Origin: Alphaproteobacteria bacterium
Lineage (GTDB): Bacteria > Pseudomonadota > Alphaproteobacteria > Micavibrionales > UBA2020
Assembly: GCA_023136145.1 (NCBI GenBank)
Contig: JAGLRU010000415.1
Coordinates: 1 to 24,057 of the forward strand
DNA length: 24,057 nt
Direction: 5' to 3'
This document shows, in pieces, positions 9,388 through 18,258 of the stretch. Numbering within the stretch: position 1 is the stretch's first letter; every line of letters begins with the position of its first letter. The notes below the pieces were generated by a model. It saw only the letters and a program-made list of their open reading frames with translations, did no database searches and was not told the origin of the DNA. A program made the translations under genes and the position numbers.

Positions 9388-9519
9388 ATCACGCCGGACT
9401 TGTTCCGGCATCCATAAAGGCTGTCCAGCCGTCACTATGACCCTATTTTCATCATAAGACGCGCTTTTAGACCCCCGAACGAGTCGGGGGTGACAATGAG
9501 GGGGCGGCATGGCGTAAAG
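9388..9519. repeat. CGTC/RPE-like REP palindrome with nested 34-bp element and shared flank
   Basis: Left arm GCCGGA-CTTGT-TCCGGC (9393-9409) and right arm ACCCCCGA-ACGAG-TCGGGGGTGAC (9471-9494). The 9491-9519 flank resembles the flanks of the 21.9 kb and 23.5 kb repeats. Confidence 0.8.
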
Positions 9520-9588
9520 AAAATTCCTATCAATAAATTCAGGAACAACTATAAATTGCGCTTTTAAATTAGGGTTCAGAAATAATTG

Positions 9589-9617
9589 TTGACGCGACAT
9601 CATAAGTTATGTATAAA
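9589..9617 (+). promoter_or_regulatory. sigma70-type promoter upstream of the small protein and xerD
   Basis: TTGACG-N17-TATAAA. Confidence 0.65.
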
Positions 9618-9738
9618 CAAGAACTCAGGACATACTCAATTTTAGATAGTGAAAAGAAATTATGTCGGTTTTCTTTTCCTGCCTCTGGAATTACTCTAAA
9701 CTTCAGAGTGACATTTTGAAGCAAGGGAAATAAAAATT

Positions 9739-9891
9739 ATGATATCGAAACTACTTTCTTCACTTATTTTACTGGCATGTATAGCGTCTGCGGCAGGCTT
9801 TGTAGTTCTAGCGGTATGGGATGTACCCGTAGCGCAAAATATGGTTGAGAAACCAGTCGATGCCTCTACGCTTATGAAAAAGGAGTCCTGA
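9739..9891 (+). CDS. Small 50-aa single-pass membrane protein (not in ORF track)
   Basis: Hand translation: MISKLLSSLILLACIASAAGFVVLAVWDVPVAQNMVEKPVDASTLMKKES. RBS AAGGGA upstream; one hydrophobic helix followed by WDVP...VEKPV. Confidence 0.8.
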   Translation: MISKLLSSLILLACIASAAGFVVLAVWDVPVAQNMVEKPVDASTLMKKES

Positions 9892-10229
9892 TATTTGCTT
9901 CTAATCTATTTCGAAAGGTTTCCTTTATATCGTCTGCGCCGAATCAGTTTATTCCGAGTCGTTTTTGATAAATTGGATAATTTTGATAAATATACTTGAA
10001 AATCATTTTTTTTAGGTGTTTTTAAGTTAAGAGCGAACAAGGCAAGGATGTATATGAGAAAAACAATTGATTTCATGTGGTTAAGAAAGTTATTAAATTA
10101 TAAACTCAAAGACATGAAATATAAAAAATCGATTTTCACATATTAATCTTGCTTTTTTCGGTAGAATGCGATTTTATGACATCGTATGGTGATAAGGAAC
10201 TAGGGTTCAACAATAGGGAGAAAAAATTC

Positions 10230-11216
10230 ATGGCTCGTCCAGGTCGTCCAAGAATGCCAAAAGCACCGCTTCCAGGTACGGTTGAGGCATTTCTAGATAT
10301 GCTCATCGCTGAACGCGGTGCAGCTCTTAATACACGTCACGCTTATGAGCGTGATCTTGCAGATGTTTGCGCTTTCTTGAAAAAGCAAAGCAAGGACATC
10401 AACTCTGCTTCAACAGGTGATCTAAAAGCTTATCTCGCTGAGCTTGGAGAACGCGTGAATGTGAAAAGCAAGGGTGGTGGAAAAACGGCTGTGCGTACTA
10501 TTGCACGTCGTATTTCAGCGTTACGCCAGTTTTTCGGCTTTCTCGTTTCCGAAGGCACTCGTTCGGATGATCCGACATCTACCATCGAAAGTCCGAAGCA
10601 AACTCGCACTTTGCCAAAAATCTTGAGTGAAGACGAAGTCACTGTCCTGATCACGACAGCTCAAAAACAGGGTGGGCCTGAGAGCGTCCGTCTTGTGTCT
10701 CTGCTTGAGATACTCTATGCAACGGGTCTACGCGTTTCTGAACTGGTTGGCTTGCCTCTGGCATCCATCGGTCCAGAAGGTCGCTACCTGACGGTTGAAG
10801 GCAAAGGTGGTCGTGAACGCATGGCTCCTCTGTCCGAACCAGCTCAGAGAGCAATGAAAGCGTATATGGATGTCAGGACGAGATTCTTGATACCTGATCG
10901 TGTTGATGCGCAAAGCAAATGGTTGTTCCCGTCTCGTACGTCCGAGTCTGGGCATTTGACCCGTCAGCGATTCGCTCAACTTCTGAAAGAGCTGTCGCGC
11001 AATGCTGGGCTTGATCCCGGACGTGTCAGTCCGCACGTTCTGCGTCACGCTTTCGCAACCCACCTTTTGAGACATGGTGCGGATTTACGTTCCGTGCAAA
11101 AAATGCTTGGTCATGCTGATATTGCCACAACTCAGATATACACACAGGTTGTAGGCGATCAGATGAAAAGTGCCGTTGAAACCAAACATCCACTCTCTGT
11201 AATAAATGAGTCCTGA
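10230..11216 (+). CDS. xerD: Site-specific tyrosine recombinase XerD
   Basis: Motifs FLDML.AERG...NT..AY..DL, LYATGLRVSEL, GKGGRER, SPHVLRHAFATHLL and LGHADIATTQIYT. RBS AGGGAG before ATG 10230. Confidence 0.93.
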   Translation: MARPGRPRMPKAPLPGTVEAFLDMLIAERGAALNTRHAYERDLADVCAFLKKQSKDINSASTGDLKAYLAELGERVNVKSKGGGKTAVRTIARRISALRQFFGFLVSEGTRSDDPTSTIESPKQTRTLPKILSEDEVTVLITTAQKQGGPESVRLVSLLEILYATGLRVSELVGLPLASIGPEGRYLTVEGKGGRERMAPLSEPAQRAMKAYMDVRTRFLIPDRVDAQSKWLFPSRTSESGHLTRQRFAQLLKELSRNAGLDPGRVSPHVLRHAFATHLLRHGADLRSVQKMLGHADIATTQIYTQVVGDQMKSAVETKHPLSVINES

Positions 11217-11241
11217 TACGGTAACGAATAAACTTGAATAT

Positions 11242-11275
11242 AAAAGGGAGCCTTTGAAAAAAGGCTCCCTTTTTT
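11242..11275. terminator. Bidirectional intrinsic terminator between convergent xerD and tadC
   Basis: AAAAGGGAGCCTT-TGAAAA-AAGGCTCCCTTTTTT. Confidence 0.85.
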
Positions 11276-11311
11276 CTGTAAGCCACCTCTAAAAACCTAC
11301 TTTTACAACAA

Positions 11312-11335
11312 GATTCCGGCGAAAACTGGAATGAC
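11312..11335. repeat. Solo REP arm
   Basis: GATTCCGG-CGAAAA-CTGGAATGAC ends in the same GG(A/G)ATGAC terminus as the full elements. Confidence 0.6.
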
Positions 11336-11370
11336 GATATTAGAAAATTTTGGTGTTTTTAGATGTCACC

Positions 11371-12330
11371 TTAATGCTTAAAGCCTATAAATGCGGGGCC
11401 TAGGATAATTACAAACAAAGGGGGCAGGAAGAACAGGATCATCGGCACCGTCAACTTTGGAGGCAGAGATGCAGCCTTCTGCTCCGCCGCTGCCATACGC
11501 AACTCGCGCGTTTCATCAGCCAGAACCCGTATAGCTTTAGATATCGATGTTCCGTACTGCTCCGCCTGTAGCATGGCCGACGCAAAAGAACGCGCAGGCC
11601 CACTGCCAACGCGATTAGCAAACCCTTGAAACGCTCCCTTACGATCATTCAGCAACCCAAGTTCAGCACTCAAAATTCCCAATTCTTCCGCAAGTGTTTC
11701 GGAATGTTCCGAAATTGTCGTAGCAATCCTGTTAATGGCTGCCTCGATACCAATCCCGCCCTGCACGCAGATCAGCATCATATCGAGAGCATCAGGAAAA
11801 GAGAGAGAGATTTCCATCTGACGCTTATCAGCCATATTCTTGACCAAAATACGCGGCAAGAAAAATCCAATAACGACAAGCCCCAAAAGAATCAAGAGCA
11901 CGATGGAATGAGAAATCTCCCTATGAGAAAGTCCCATAAACAACGCCCCAAGTCCCACGAACACCAACGGCAGCACAATTCTCGATCCGAGATAAATCAA
12001 CGGTGCCTTCGAACCGCGTATCCCCGCTTGCAATAACTGATTGCGTGCAGTGATACTAGCCTTTCCCGCCAGAGACTGAAGCTTATAAAGCGACACTATA
12101 GCTTGAGCCGCCGTCATTTCCTTTTGCTTAACAACATCCTGTTTTTCAGCCTGTTCGCGTGCCAGCTCAAACAACGTGCGACGTTTCTTTTCGATGACAT
12201 CCTTGTAGCGTTCCTTCTTTTCCGAACGCGCAAGCAACGGCAAGGCAAACGCCACAAAGGAAACGGCTGCGGCAAGCGCACTTAAAATCACGATATAAAC
12301 GCCGGAATCCATATTTGTAAGGGTATCCAT
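11371..12330 (-). CDS. tadC: Tad pilus inner-membrane platform protein TadC
   Basis: Motifs FPDALDMMLICVQGG, Q.E.YGT.I..A.RV.A.E.R and AEQKAASLPPKLTVPMILFFLP. Confidence 0.93.
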   Translation of the reverse strand: MDTLTNMDSGVYIVILSALAAAVSFVAFALPLLARSEKKERYKDVIEKKRRTLFELAREQAEKQDVVKQKEMTAAQAIVSLYKLQSLAGKASITARNQLLQAGIRGSKAPLIYLGSRIVLPLVFVGLGALFMGLSHREISHSIVLLILLGLVVIGFFLPRILVKNMADKRQMEISLSFPDALDMMLICVQGGIGIEAAINRIATTISEHSETLAEELGILSAELGLLNDRKGAFQGFANRVGSGPARSFASAMLQAEQYGTSISKAIRVLADETRELRMAAAEQKAASLPPKLTVPMILFFLPPLFVIILGPAFIGFKH

Positions 12331-12334
12331 ACCT

Positions 12335-13315
12335 TCAAATCCTGAAATTTATCATTTGTCGCATCATCAGACATCCCAGAAACATCCAGAAAATCGCTCC
12401 GCCGAGAAAAACTTGCCCTTTCGGAACTATAAAAAGAATCCCGACATACTCAGGACGCGCCGCATAAAGCCCAAGAGTCACCAGAACCGGAAGCGCGCCA
12501 ATAATCGCTGCTGAAGACTTTGCCTCAGAAGACAGTGCCTGAACCTTTCTCCTAAGCCGAAACCTTGCCCGTATAACTGCGGAAAGATTGTACAATACCT
12601 CGCTAAGACTGCTCCCCGTCTCGCTCTGTATCTGTAATGCCGTCGCAAACATATGCACCTCTGGCAGAGGCATCCGCCTTGCAGTCATTTGCGCTGCCTC
12701 TCCCAACGGAATACCTACTTTTTGGTTTTCGTAGATACGTAGCATTTCATCCTTGAGGGGACCTTTATACTCGCGCGAAGTCATTGCTATCGCCTCCGAC
12801 ATCGGCATTCCAGCCTGCAACAACCGCGCCATTGCATCCAGCGCATCGGGGAATTCCTTTAGAAATTTCTTCTGCCTGCGCTTTATTTTCCACCCGATAA
12901 AAAGCTTCGGAAGTCCAAGAAAAGCAGTGAAAATCATAAAAATCTTGGCCGTCGGTGCCCAACTTGTCAATAAGAGCAGTCCACCGACAAACACTGCAAA
13001 TATAGCCGAATTAAGCCAGAAACGCGGTACGGACGTTTCAAATCCCGCCTGCTGTAGCAATTGAGAAAGAGACGTTTTATCTTTTTTCTTCCCCTGAGTT
13101 TCGTCACTGACTCCCTTCAGCTTTTTAGCAATGTCAGCGCGTTGCTTTGCAGCCGCTTTTTCAGCACTCCCGTCCTGAGAGCTTCCAGCTTTAGCGCGAC
13201 AAATCACGGAGCGATACCTTTCCAGTCGAGCCTGTCTCTTGCCTATGTAAACGCTGATAACGGCGGAAATAGAGAGAAAAACGATAATAACTCCGATGGT
13301 GATTGGCCAACTCAT
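12335..13315 (-). CDS. tadB: Tad pilus inner-membrane platform protein TadB
   Basis: Motifs FPDALD..ARLLQAG.P, IQ.ETG..LSEVL.NL..VIR.R and LSSEAKSSA.II..LP. Start placed at ATG 13315, right after the cpaF stop. Confidence 0.93.
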   Translation of the reverse strand: MSWPITIGVIIVFLSISAVISVYIGKRQARLERYRSVICRAKAGSSQDGSAEKAAAKQRADIAKKLKGVSDETQGKKKDKTSLSQLLQQAGFETSVPRFWLNSAIFAVFVGGLLLLTSWAPTAKIFMIFTAFLGLPKLFIGWKIKRRQKKFLKEFPDALDAMARLLQAGMPMSEAIAMTSREYKGPLKDEMLRIYENQKVGIPLGEAAQMTARRMPLPEVHMFATALQIQSETGSSLSEVLYNLSAVIRARFRLRRKVQALSSEAKSSAAIIGALPVLVTLGLYAARPEYVGILFIVPKGQVFLGGAIFWMFLGCLMMRQMINFRI

Positions 13316-13316
13316 T

Positions 13317-14885
13317 CTAGGTATATGCCTCCGACATTGCATCCAACAATTTATTCTCAAGCCCGTACTGGCGTGCGCGTTCAAAAAGGATTGGACGCAA
13401 GCCAGTGGATTTCTGACGACCTATGATGTGGCCATGTTCATCTTCGCCCTCGTATTCAAACCGAAAAAGATCCTGCATCGTGACAACCTCGCCTTCCATG
13501 CCGGTGATCTCGGTGACATGCGTAACCTTACGCGATCCGTCGCGCAGACGCTGCACCTGAATAATTACATTGACGGCAGAAGCTATCTGCTCACGCACTG
13601 CGGCGGTAGGAAGATTCAGTCCACCCATTGCAATCATGTTCTCAAGACGAGTCAGGGCTTCACGTGGGTTGTTAGAGTGGACGGTTCCCATTGATCCATC
13701 GTGCCCGGTATTCATCGCTTGCAACAAATCAAAAGCCTCCGGCCCCCGCACCTCACCAACGATAATTCGATCAGGTCGCATCCGAAGACAGTTCTTAATA
13801 AGATCGCGCATTTTAACTTCGCCAACTCCCTCAAGATTTGGCGGGCGTGTTTCAAGACGAACGACGTGCGGTTGTTGCAATTGAAGCTCACAAGCATCCT
13901 CGCAAGTGACAATACGCTCGCCAGAATCCATGTAGAAAGTAAGGCAGTTGAGCATTGTCGTCTTTCCCGAACCAGTACCGCCGGAGATAACAACATTAGC
14001 GCGACATGCACCGATAATCTTAATCATCTCCGCGCAAGCTGGAGTCATAGCATTGAATTCCATAAGCTTTTCAAGCGTTAGCTTTTCCTTGGCAAACTTA
14101 CGAATCGTCATAGTACAGCCGTCAACGGCGAGCGGTGGGATAATAACGTTGACACGCGATCCGTCCGGCAGTCGCGCATCGCATATAGGGCTTGATTCAT
14201 CCACCCTGCGACCAATCACACCAACAACGCGCTGACAGATGGTAAGCAAATGATGATTATCACGAAATTCAATGGTGGCGCGCTGAATCTTTCCGTTAGT
14301 CTCAATATAAACCGTTTTCGGGCCATTAATCATGATGTCGGCGATGCCTTCTTGCGCCAATAACTCTTCTAATGGACCGAAACCGAGCATATCATCCGCC
14401 GATTCCTTGGCAACCTGCGCCAGTTCAGCAGGAGTCACGTCCAGACCGCGAAACTGACCAATTTCCTGCACTGCAGAAAGTATCTCCGCGCGCGCTTCAT
14501 CAGCACCCATGCGAGACAACGATTTCAGATCAATCCCATCACGGAGATCCGTCCATATCCTCTTACGCGCCCGCTCCAGACGCGGGTTAGCCGCCACAGC
14601 AGCAGGCGGCGGCGGAGGAGGAGGTTTTGGTGATGTTAGTTTTGACGATGCAGATTTTTGCGATGCTGGTTTCGACGTTGCTGGTTTCGGCGAAGACTCG
14701 GCAGTCTTGGAATCCGCAACTGCCGATTTTGGAGGAGTCGCTTCCGCCGTAATCGATACTGAAGACTGATCAATCGCAGGCTTTTCAGGAGAAGACGCGA
14801 CCGACTTTTTTGGCGGTACTGACGACGCTGGCTTAGCCGCTGGTGATCCGCCTTGTGGTTTGTCTGTACGCTTGCCGAACATCAT
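13317..14885 (-). CDS. cpaF: Tad pilus assembly ATPase CpaF/TadA
   Basis: MFGKR N-terminus, Walker A GGTGSGKTT, EDACEL, RMRPDRIIVGEVRG and AMNTGHDGSMGTVH. Confidence 0.97.
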   Translation of the reverse strand: MMFGKRTDKPQGGSPAAKPASSVPPKKSVASSPEKPAIDQSSVSITAEATPPKSAVADSKTAESSPKPATSKPASQKSASSKLTSPKPPPPPPPAAVAANPRLERARKRIWTDLRDGIDLKSLSRMGADEARAEILSAVQEIGQFRGLDVTPAELAQVAKESADDMLGFGPLEELLAQEGIADIMINGPKTVYIETNGKIQRATIEFRDNHHLLTICQRVVGVIGRRVDESSPICDARLPDGSRVNVIIPPLAVDGCTMTIRKFAKEKLTLEKLMEFNAMTPACAEMIKIIGACRANVVISGGTGSGKTTMLNCLTFYMDSGERIVTCEDACELQLQQPHVVRLETRPPNLEGVGEVKMRDLIKNCLRMRPDRIIVGEVRGPEAFDLLQAMNTGHDGSMGTVHSNNPREALTRLENMIAMGGLNLPTAAVREQIASAVNVIIQVQRLRDGSRKVTHVTEITGMEGEVVTMQDLFRFEYEGEDEHGHIIGRQKSTGLRPILFERARQYGLENKLLDAMSEAYT

Positions 14886-14895
14886 TTAACTCCTG

Positions 14896-16134
14896 TTACT
14901 TACCAAGAGTTTTCTTGATAAAACTCATCAGAGTGTCTTTTTCACCTTTGTCCACGATGCCTTTGCATTCAATCGCAGAAGCTTTCTCTGCAATCTTCAT
15001 AAGAGGCTCCATGACGCATCCTGCATTCTTGTTCTGACCGACAGACTTGCCTGTAGCTTCACTGATGGCGAAAATCTTCGGCATATATGGAAGCGTTGCC
15101 GAAGGCTCTATCCCCAAACCAAGCGCATCTTTGATCTCACGAGCAGGAACTTCCTCAGAGGAAGTCATGCCCCGCATATTCACTACCAAATCGGTTTCTT
15201 TCAAATGCGCTTTCAACGTTTTTATCTCATTCAACAGCGTCCTCGCATTTCTGAGCGCAGACAGCGTGGGCGTTGTCACCATAACGATTCTAGCCGCACG
15301 TTCCATCAGCCTTTTCTGCACAGGCCGTGTGGCGTGGGAAAGATCAACTACAACCACTGGAAATTTCAGCATTACGCGGCTCACAAGCGTCTCGATATCG
15401 TCTGGATCGGAAGGATCCATCAAGATCGGCTCTCCGCCACAGACAAGCGCGAAAAGATACTCCGACACGGATTGATAGATGCGATTCATATCGTCATCCG
15501 TTCCCGCTCCACCAAGACGAACGGCCTCTATCAACGTCGTGGAAGGTTCAAGGCCATGAGCGATCCCGATGCTACCAACGCTACCAGCTACATCCATCAG
15601 CATGGTCTTCTGCTTCAAAGCTTCCGCGATGTTCCAAGCCAGAATTTGCGCCACAGATGTCGCACCAACGCCACCTTTACTGCCCATCACTGCAACAAGG
15701 CGACTGCCGGAAAGACCCCTTTTATCGATCAGCGTCCTAGCAATCACTTTAGCCATATCTTCTTCGGAAACAGGACGCACCAAATAATCTCTAACCCCCA
15801 TCCCGACAAGACTGCGATACAGATGAACATCGTTGCTCGGCCCGATAATTACCGCATCAGTACCCTCCGCACACACACTTGCAAGTCCGCCAAGCTGCTC
15901 GATAAAAGCCTCGCCGATGTCGTTAGTTTCGATGACAACCAGCTCTGGAGCAGCCGTCTCCCCGTAATGGTTGATCGCGGCATCAATCCCCGCACGCTCT
16001 ATCTTCATGCCAACCCGCGCAAACCGCCAGTCTTCCGTAAGCTTCTGCGCCAGAGCAGCAGTGCTCTCGTCAAGCAAATAGAAATCCACATGTGAAGGAG
16101 GTAACAATATGGAGGTTATATCTTCTCCACCCAT
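14896..16134 (-). CDS. cpaE: Pilus localisation protein CpaE/TadZ (receiver-like plus MinD/ParA-like domain)
   Basis: Motifs IGPSNDVHLYR.L...GV.DYL..P and deviant Walker A KGGVGAT; TAATG overlap with cpaD. Confidence 0.92.
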   Translation of the reverse strand: MGGEDITSILLPPSHVDFYLLDESTAALAQKLTEDWRFARVGMKIERAGIDAAINHYGETAAPELVVIETNDIGEAFIEQLGGLASVCAEGTDAVIIGPSNDVHLYRSLVGMGVRDYLVRPVSEEDMAKVIARTLIDKRGLSGSRLVAVMGSKGGVGATSVAQILAWNIAEALKQKTMLMDVAGSVGSIGIAHGLEPSTTLIEAVRLGGAGTDDDMNRIYQSVSEYLFALVCGGEPILMDPSDPDDIETLVSRVMLKFPVVVVDLSHATRPVQKRLMERAARIVMVTTPTLSALRNARTLLNEIKTLKAHLKETDLVVNMRGMTSSEEVPAREIKDALGLGIEPSATLPYMPKIFAISEATGKSVGQNKNAGCVMEPLMKIAEKASAIECKGIVDKGEKDTLMSFIKKTLGK

Positions 16135-16790
16135 TACTGAACACCAACCGAACTGGCTTGAAACCCCTGCATCGGCTTATTGGGTATTCCAGCCTTATAT
16201 TTTACAACGAAAGCACCAGTACGACTTGAATCATTGTCCTGCGCACCCGACTTGCCCATCAGATCGGATGGATCGGCGATCATCTGACTCAACGACATCT
16301 TCGTTTCACATCCGAACTTGTACTGCTCTATCGCTTCCATATTCTCAGCACCCTGATATCCTGTAATACGACCGCAACCATCAGGAGGCAAAGCCACTAA
16401 TGCCTGATAAGCCACCACTACCTTGTTGAGATACAGCTCATTCGCGACTGGAACCTTAACTACATGAATGTCTGAAACACCACGCTTACTAAGTGCTTTC
16501 TTATACGCAGCTCCATGTTTTGTAGCTATGCGTGAGCTATACACATCTCCAGAAAGCCATGGAACCGTCAGAGTGACAGCCCCTTTTCCGTTCCGCTTAA
16601 TATGATCGGCCAACACATCAACACGCGCCTGATCAACATGAGAGGAATCCAGCATTTCCGTGACTATCTGCTCTTTAAGTCTAACTTTCCCAGTCTGAAC
16701 CTGCGAAGGCAAAGATGCGTCACAGGCTGACAGGACGACTGCAACACTAAATATCAGCACGAGAGAAACCAGTCTATATGCTTGTTGCAT
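16134..16790 (-). CDS. cpaD: Pilus assembly lipoprotein CpaD
   Basis: Signal peptide with lipobox LSAC and C-terminal FGC.T...L..MIADPSDL. RBS AGGAG before ATG 16790. Confidence 0.85.
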   Translation of the reverse strand: MQQAYRLVSLVLIFSVAVVLSACDASLPSQVQTGKVRLKEQIVTEMLDSSHVDQARVDVLADHIKRNGKGAVTLTVPWLSGDVYSSRIATKHGAAYKKALSKRGVSDIHVVKVPVANELYLNKVVVAYQALVALPPDGCGRITGYQGAENMEAIEQYKFGCETKMSLSQMIADPSDLMGKSGAQDNDSSRTGAFVVKYKAGIPNKPMQGFQASSVGVQ

Positions 16791-16818
16791 GGTATAAGCT
16801 CCTTCTGTCCCTTTAGTC

Positions 16819-18243
16819 CTAGTCAATGATATAACCAAAACCAGCACCAAAGCTAGCTTTCTCAGATACACGATTACCGTATGTTTTTTTCAAATTCTCC
16901 ATGAAGCGTTGAGATAGCGGACTCATAGCCGTTACTTTTACTTTTTGCTCAGAGGGTTTCTTTTTCCCCTGAGAAGCAGTAGAAGCAACGACAAAAGGCT
17001 TATCTGCAACAACTACGGCCTCGGGTTCCGCATAAGGATCCACAAGATATGGTGTCACGATAATCACCAACTCCGATTCATTCCGCGAGAAAGATTTAGA
17101 CTTAAACAAATGCCCCAAAATCGGCAAATCCTCCAACCCGGGCATTCCGTTCAGGGCGTGCAACGTATCGGATTTGAGAAGCCCAGCAATCATAAGAGTG
17201 CCACCGCTACCCATTTCCACGGTGGTTTCGGCACGCCGAACTCTAAGTCCGTCAATCTGAACATCAACAAGAGTCACGCCGTTTGTGCTGTCTTTTTCAG
17301 ATACCTCTGTAGACATGTGCAGAGCAATGCGTTCTTTATTGAGAACAGTCGGCGTAAAGTTCAGAGATACTCCAAACTGTTTAAATTCGATAATGACGTT
17401 TCCAGTTGAATCCCTGCCTGTCGGAACTGGATATTCACCGCCAGCCAAAAACCCAGCCGTTTCGCCAGAAATCGCCGTCAGTGTAGGCTCTGCTAGAGTA
17501 TTAACCAAACCATTCTGTTCCAATGCCCTAATCGTAGCCGTCAGCGGCCCAAACTGCCCCTTCTTCCCCACAAGAAGCGCGCCGCTACCAAATGGAGTCA
17601 GAACGGCTCTGCCAACATCACCAGCGTTCATTATAAAGCCGTTTGTGCTTGCTGTTCTAAAATCCGTTTCAATACCGAAATCACGCAACACAGAACGCCT
17701 AGCTTCGATCACCTTAACTTTAAGCATTACCTGCTGCTTGCCTTTAACCGTCATCAAATCAACTAGAGTTTGCTCCTTATCGATCATAAACCTCGTCGCG
17801 AGGTCCCTCACCTGAGCAGATATCAACGGACTGGAAACAGTACCGCTCAGAACGATATTTTCTTTTACGGTTTTCGCAGCAATCTTCTCATCCGGAAAAA
17901 ATTCCTTCAACGTCTTCTGAAGGTTTTTGTCATCGACGCGCACATGAATCGTGATATTAGCAAGCTGATTTCCAACCTCATCATAAGCAAGCACATTAGT
18001 ATCACCAACCTTGCGCCCTACAATATAAAGACGGTCAGCTCTGAGCGTTCCAACATCGGCAATGGATGGATCGGCCACCAACACATCTGCCACAGCTCCT
18101 GCCAGATCGACAGTATCGGCCCTGCCCGATATCAACTGAACTGTTTTGTTGAAGCTCTTAGCACTATAAGCCACCATCGAAACGGAGACTCCAATCGAGA
18201 CCACTATCAACAGCAGTAAAACTTTTGAAAAAATGTGTTTCAT
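16819..18243 (-). CDS. cpaC: Tad secretin CpaC/RcpA
   Basis: Signal peptide, VADP.IADV N-domain, BON-like segment, QVML.V...E, LAEP.LTA.SGETA.FLAGGE.P and GLEDLPILG.LFKS..F...ESELVI.VTPYLV. Confidence 0.95.
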   Translation of the reverse strand: MKHIFSKVLLLLIVVSIGVSVSMVAYSAKSFNKTVQLISGRADTVDLAGAVADVLVADPSIADVGTLRADRLYIVGRKVGDTNVLAYDEVGNQLANITIHVRVDDKNLQKTLKEFFPDEKIAAKTVKENIVLSGTVSSPLISAQVRDLATRFMIDKEQTLVDLMTVKGKQQVMLKVKVIEARRSVLRDFGIETDFRTASTNGFIMNAGDVGRAVLTPFGSGALLVGKKGQFGPLTATIRALEQNGLVNTLAEPTLTAISGETAGFLAGGEYPVPTGRDSTGNVIIEFKQFGVSLNFTPTVLNKERIALHMSTEVSEKDSTNGVTLVDVQIDGLRVRRAETTVEMGSGGTLMIAGLLKSDTLHALNGMPGLEDLPILGHLFKSKSFSRNESELVIIVTPYLVDPYAEPEAVVVADKPFVVASTASQGKKKPSEQKVKVTAMSPLSQRFMENLKKTYGNRVSEKASFGAGFGYIID

Positions 18244-18258
18244 AGTATCACCCCTTTC

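Noticed and set aside
9319-9603. 94-aa minus-strand ORF (CHPRLVRGS...WMPEQVRRDG)
   Set aside because: It is the translation of the REP palindrome. It has no RBS and overlaps a predicted plus-strand promoter.
10048-10146. 32-aa ORF MYMRKTIDFMWLRKLL...
   Set aside because: It has AT-rich spacer composition, a weak RBS and no recognisable motif; probably chance.
10230-11216. Tyrosine recombinase as a phage or island integrase
   Set aside because: The motifs are XerD-specific, Arg codons are mostly CGT/CGC like core genes, and no att repeats, tRNA or phage genes are nearby.
13317-13384. Apparent 68-bp overlap of tadB with cpaF, and similar extended starts for cpaD, cpaB, flp, rimP and xerD
   Set aside because: These are artefacts of longest-ORF calling. 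Downstream ATGs with better RBS or homology context remove the overlaps.
15205-16095. Long antisense ORFs (296 aa here, also 3854-4366, 17285-17815, 18235-18783, 21152-21730)
   Set aside because: They are shadows of strongly supported opposite-strand genes and show no motifs.
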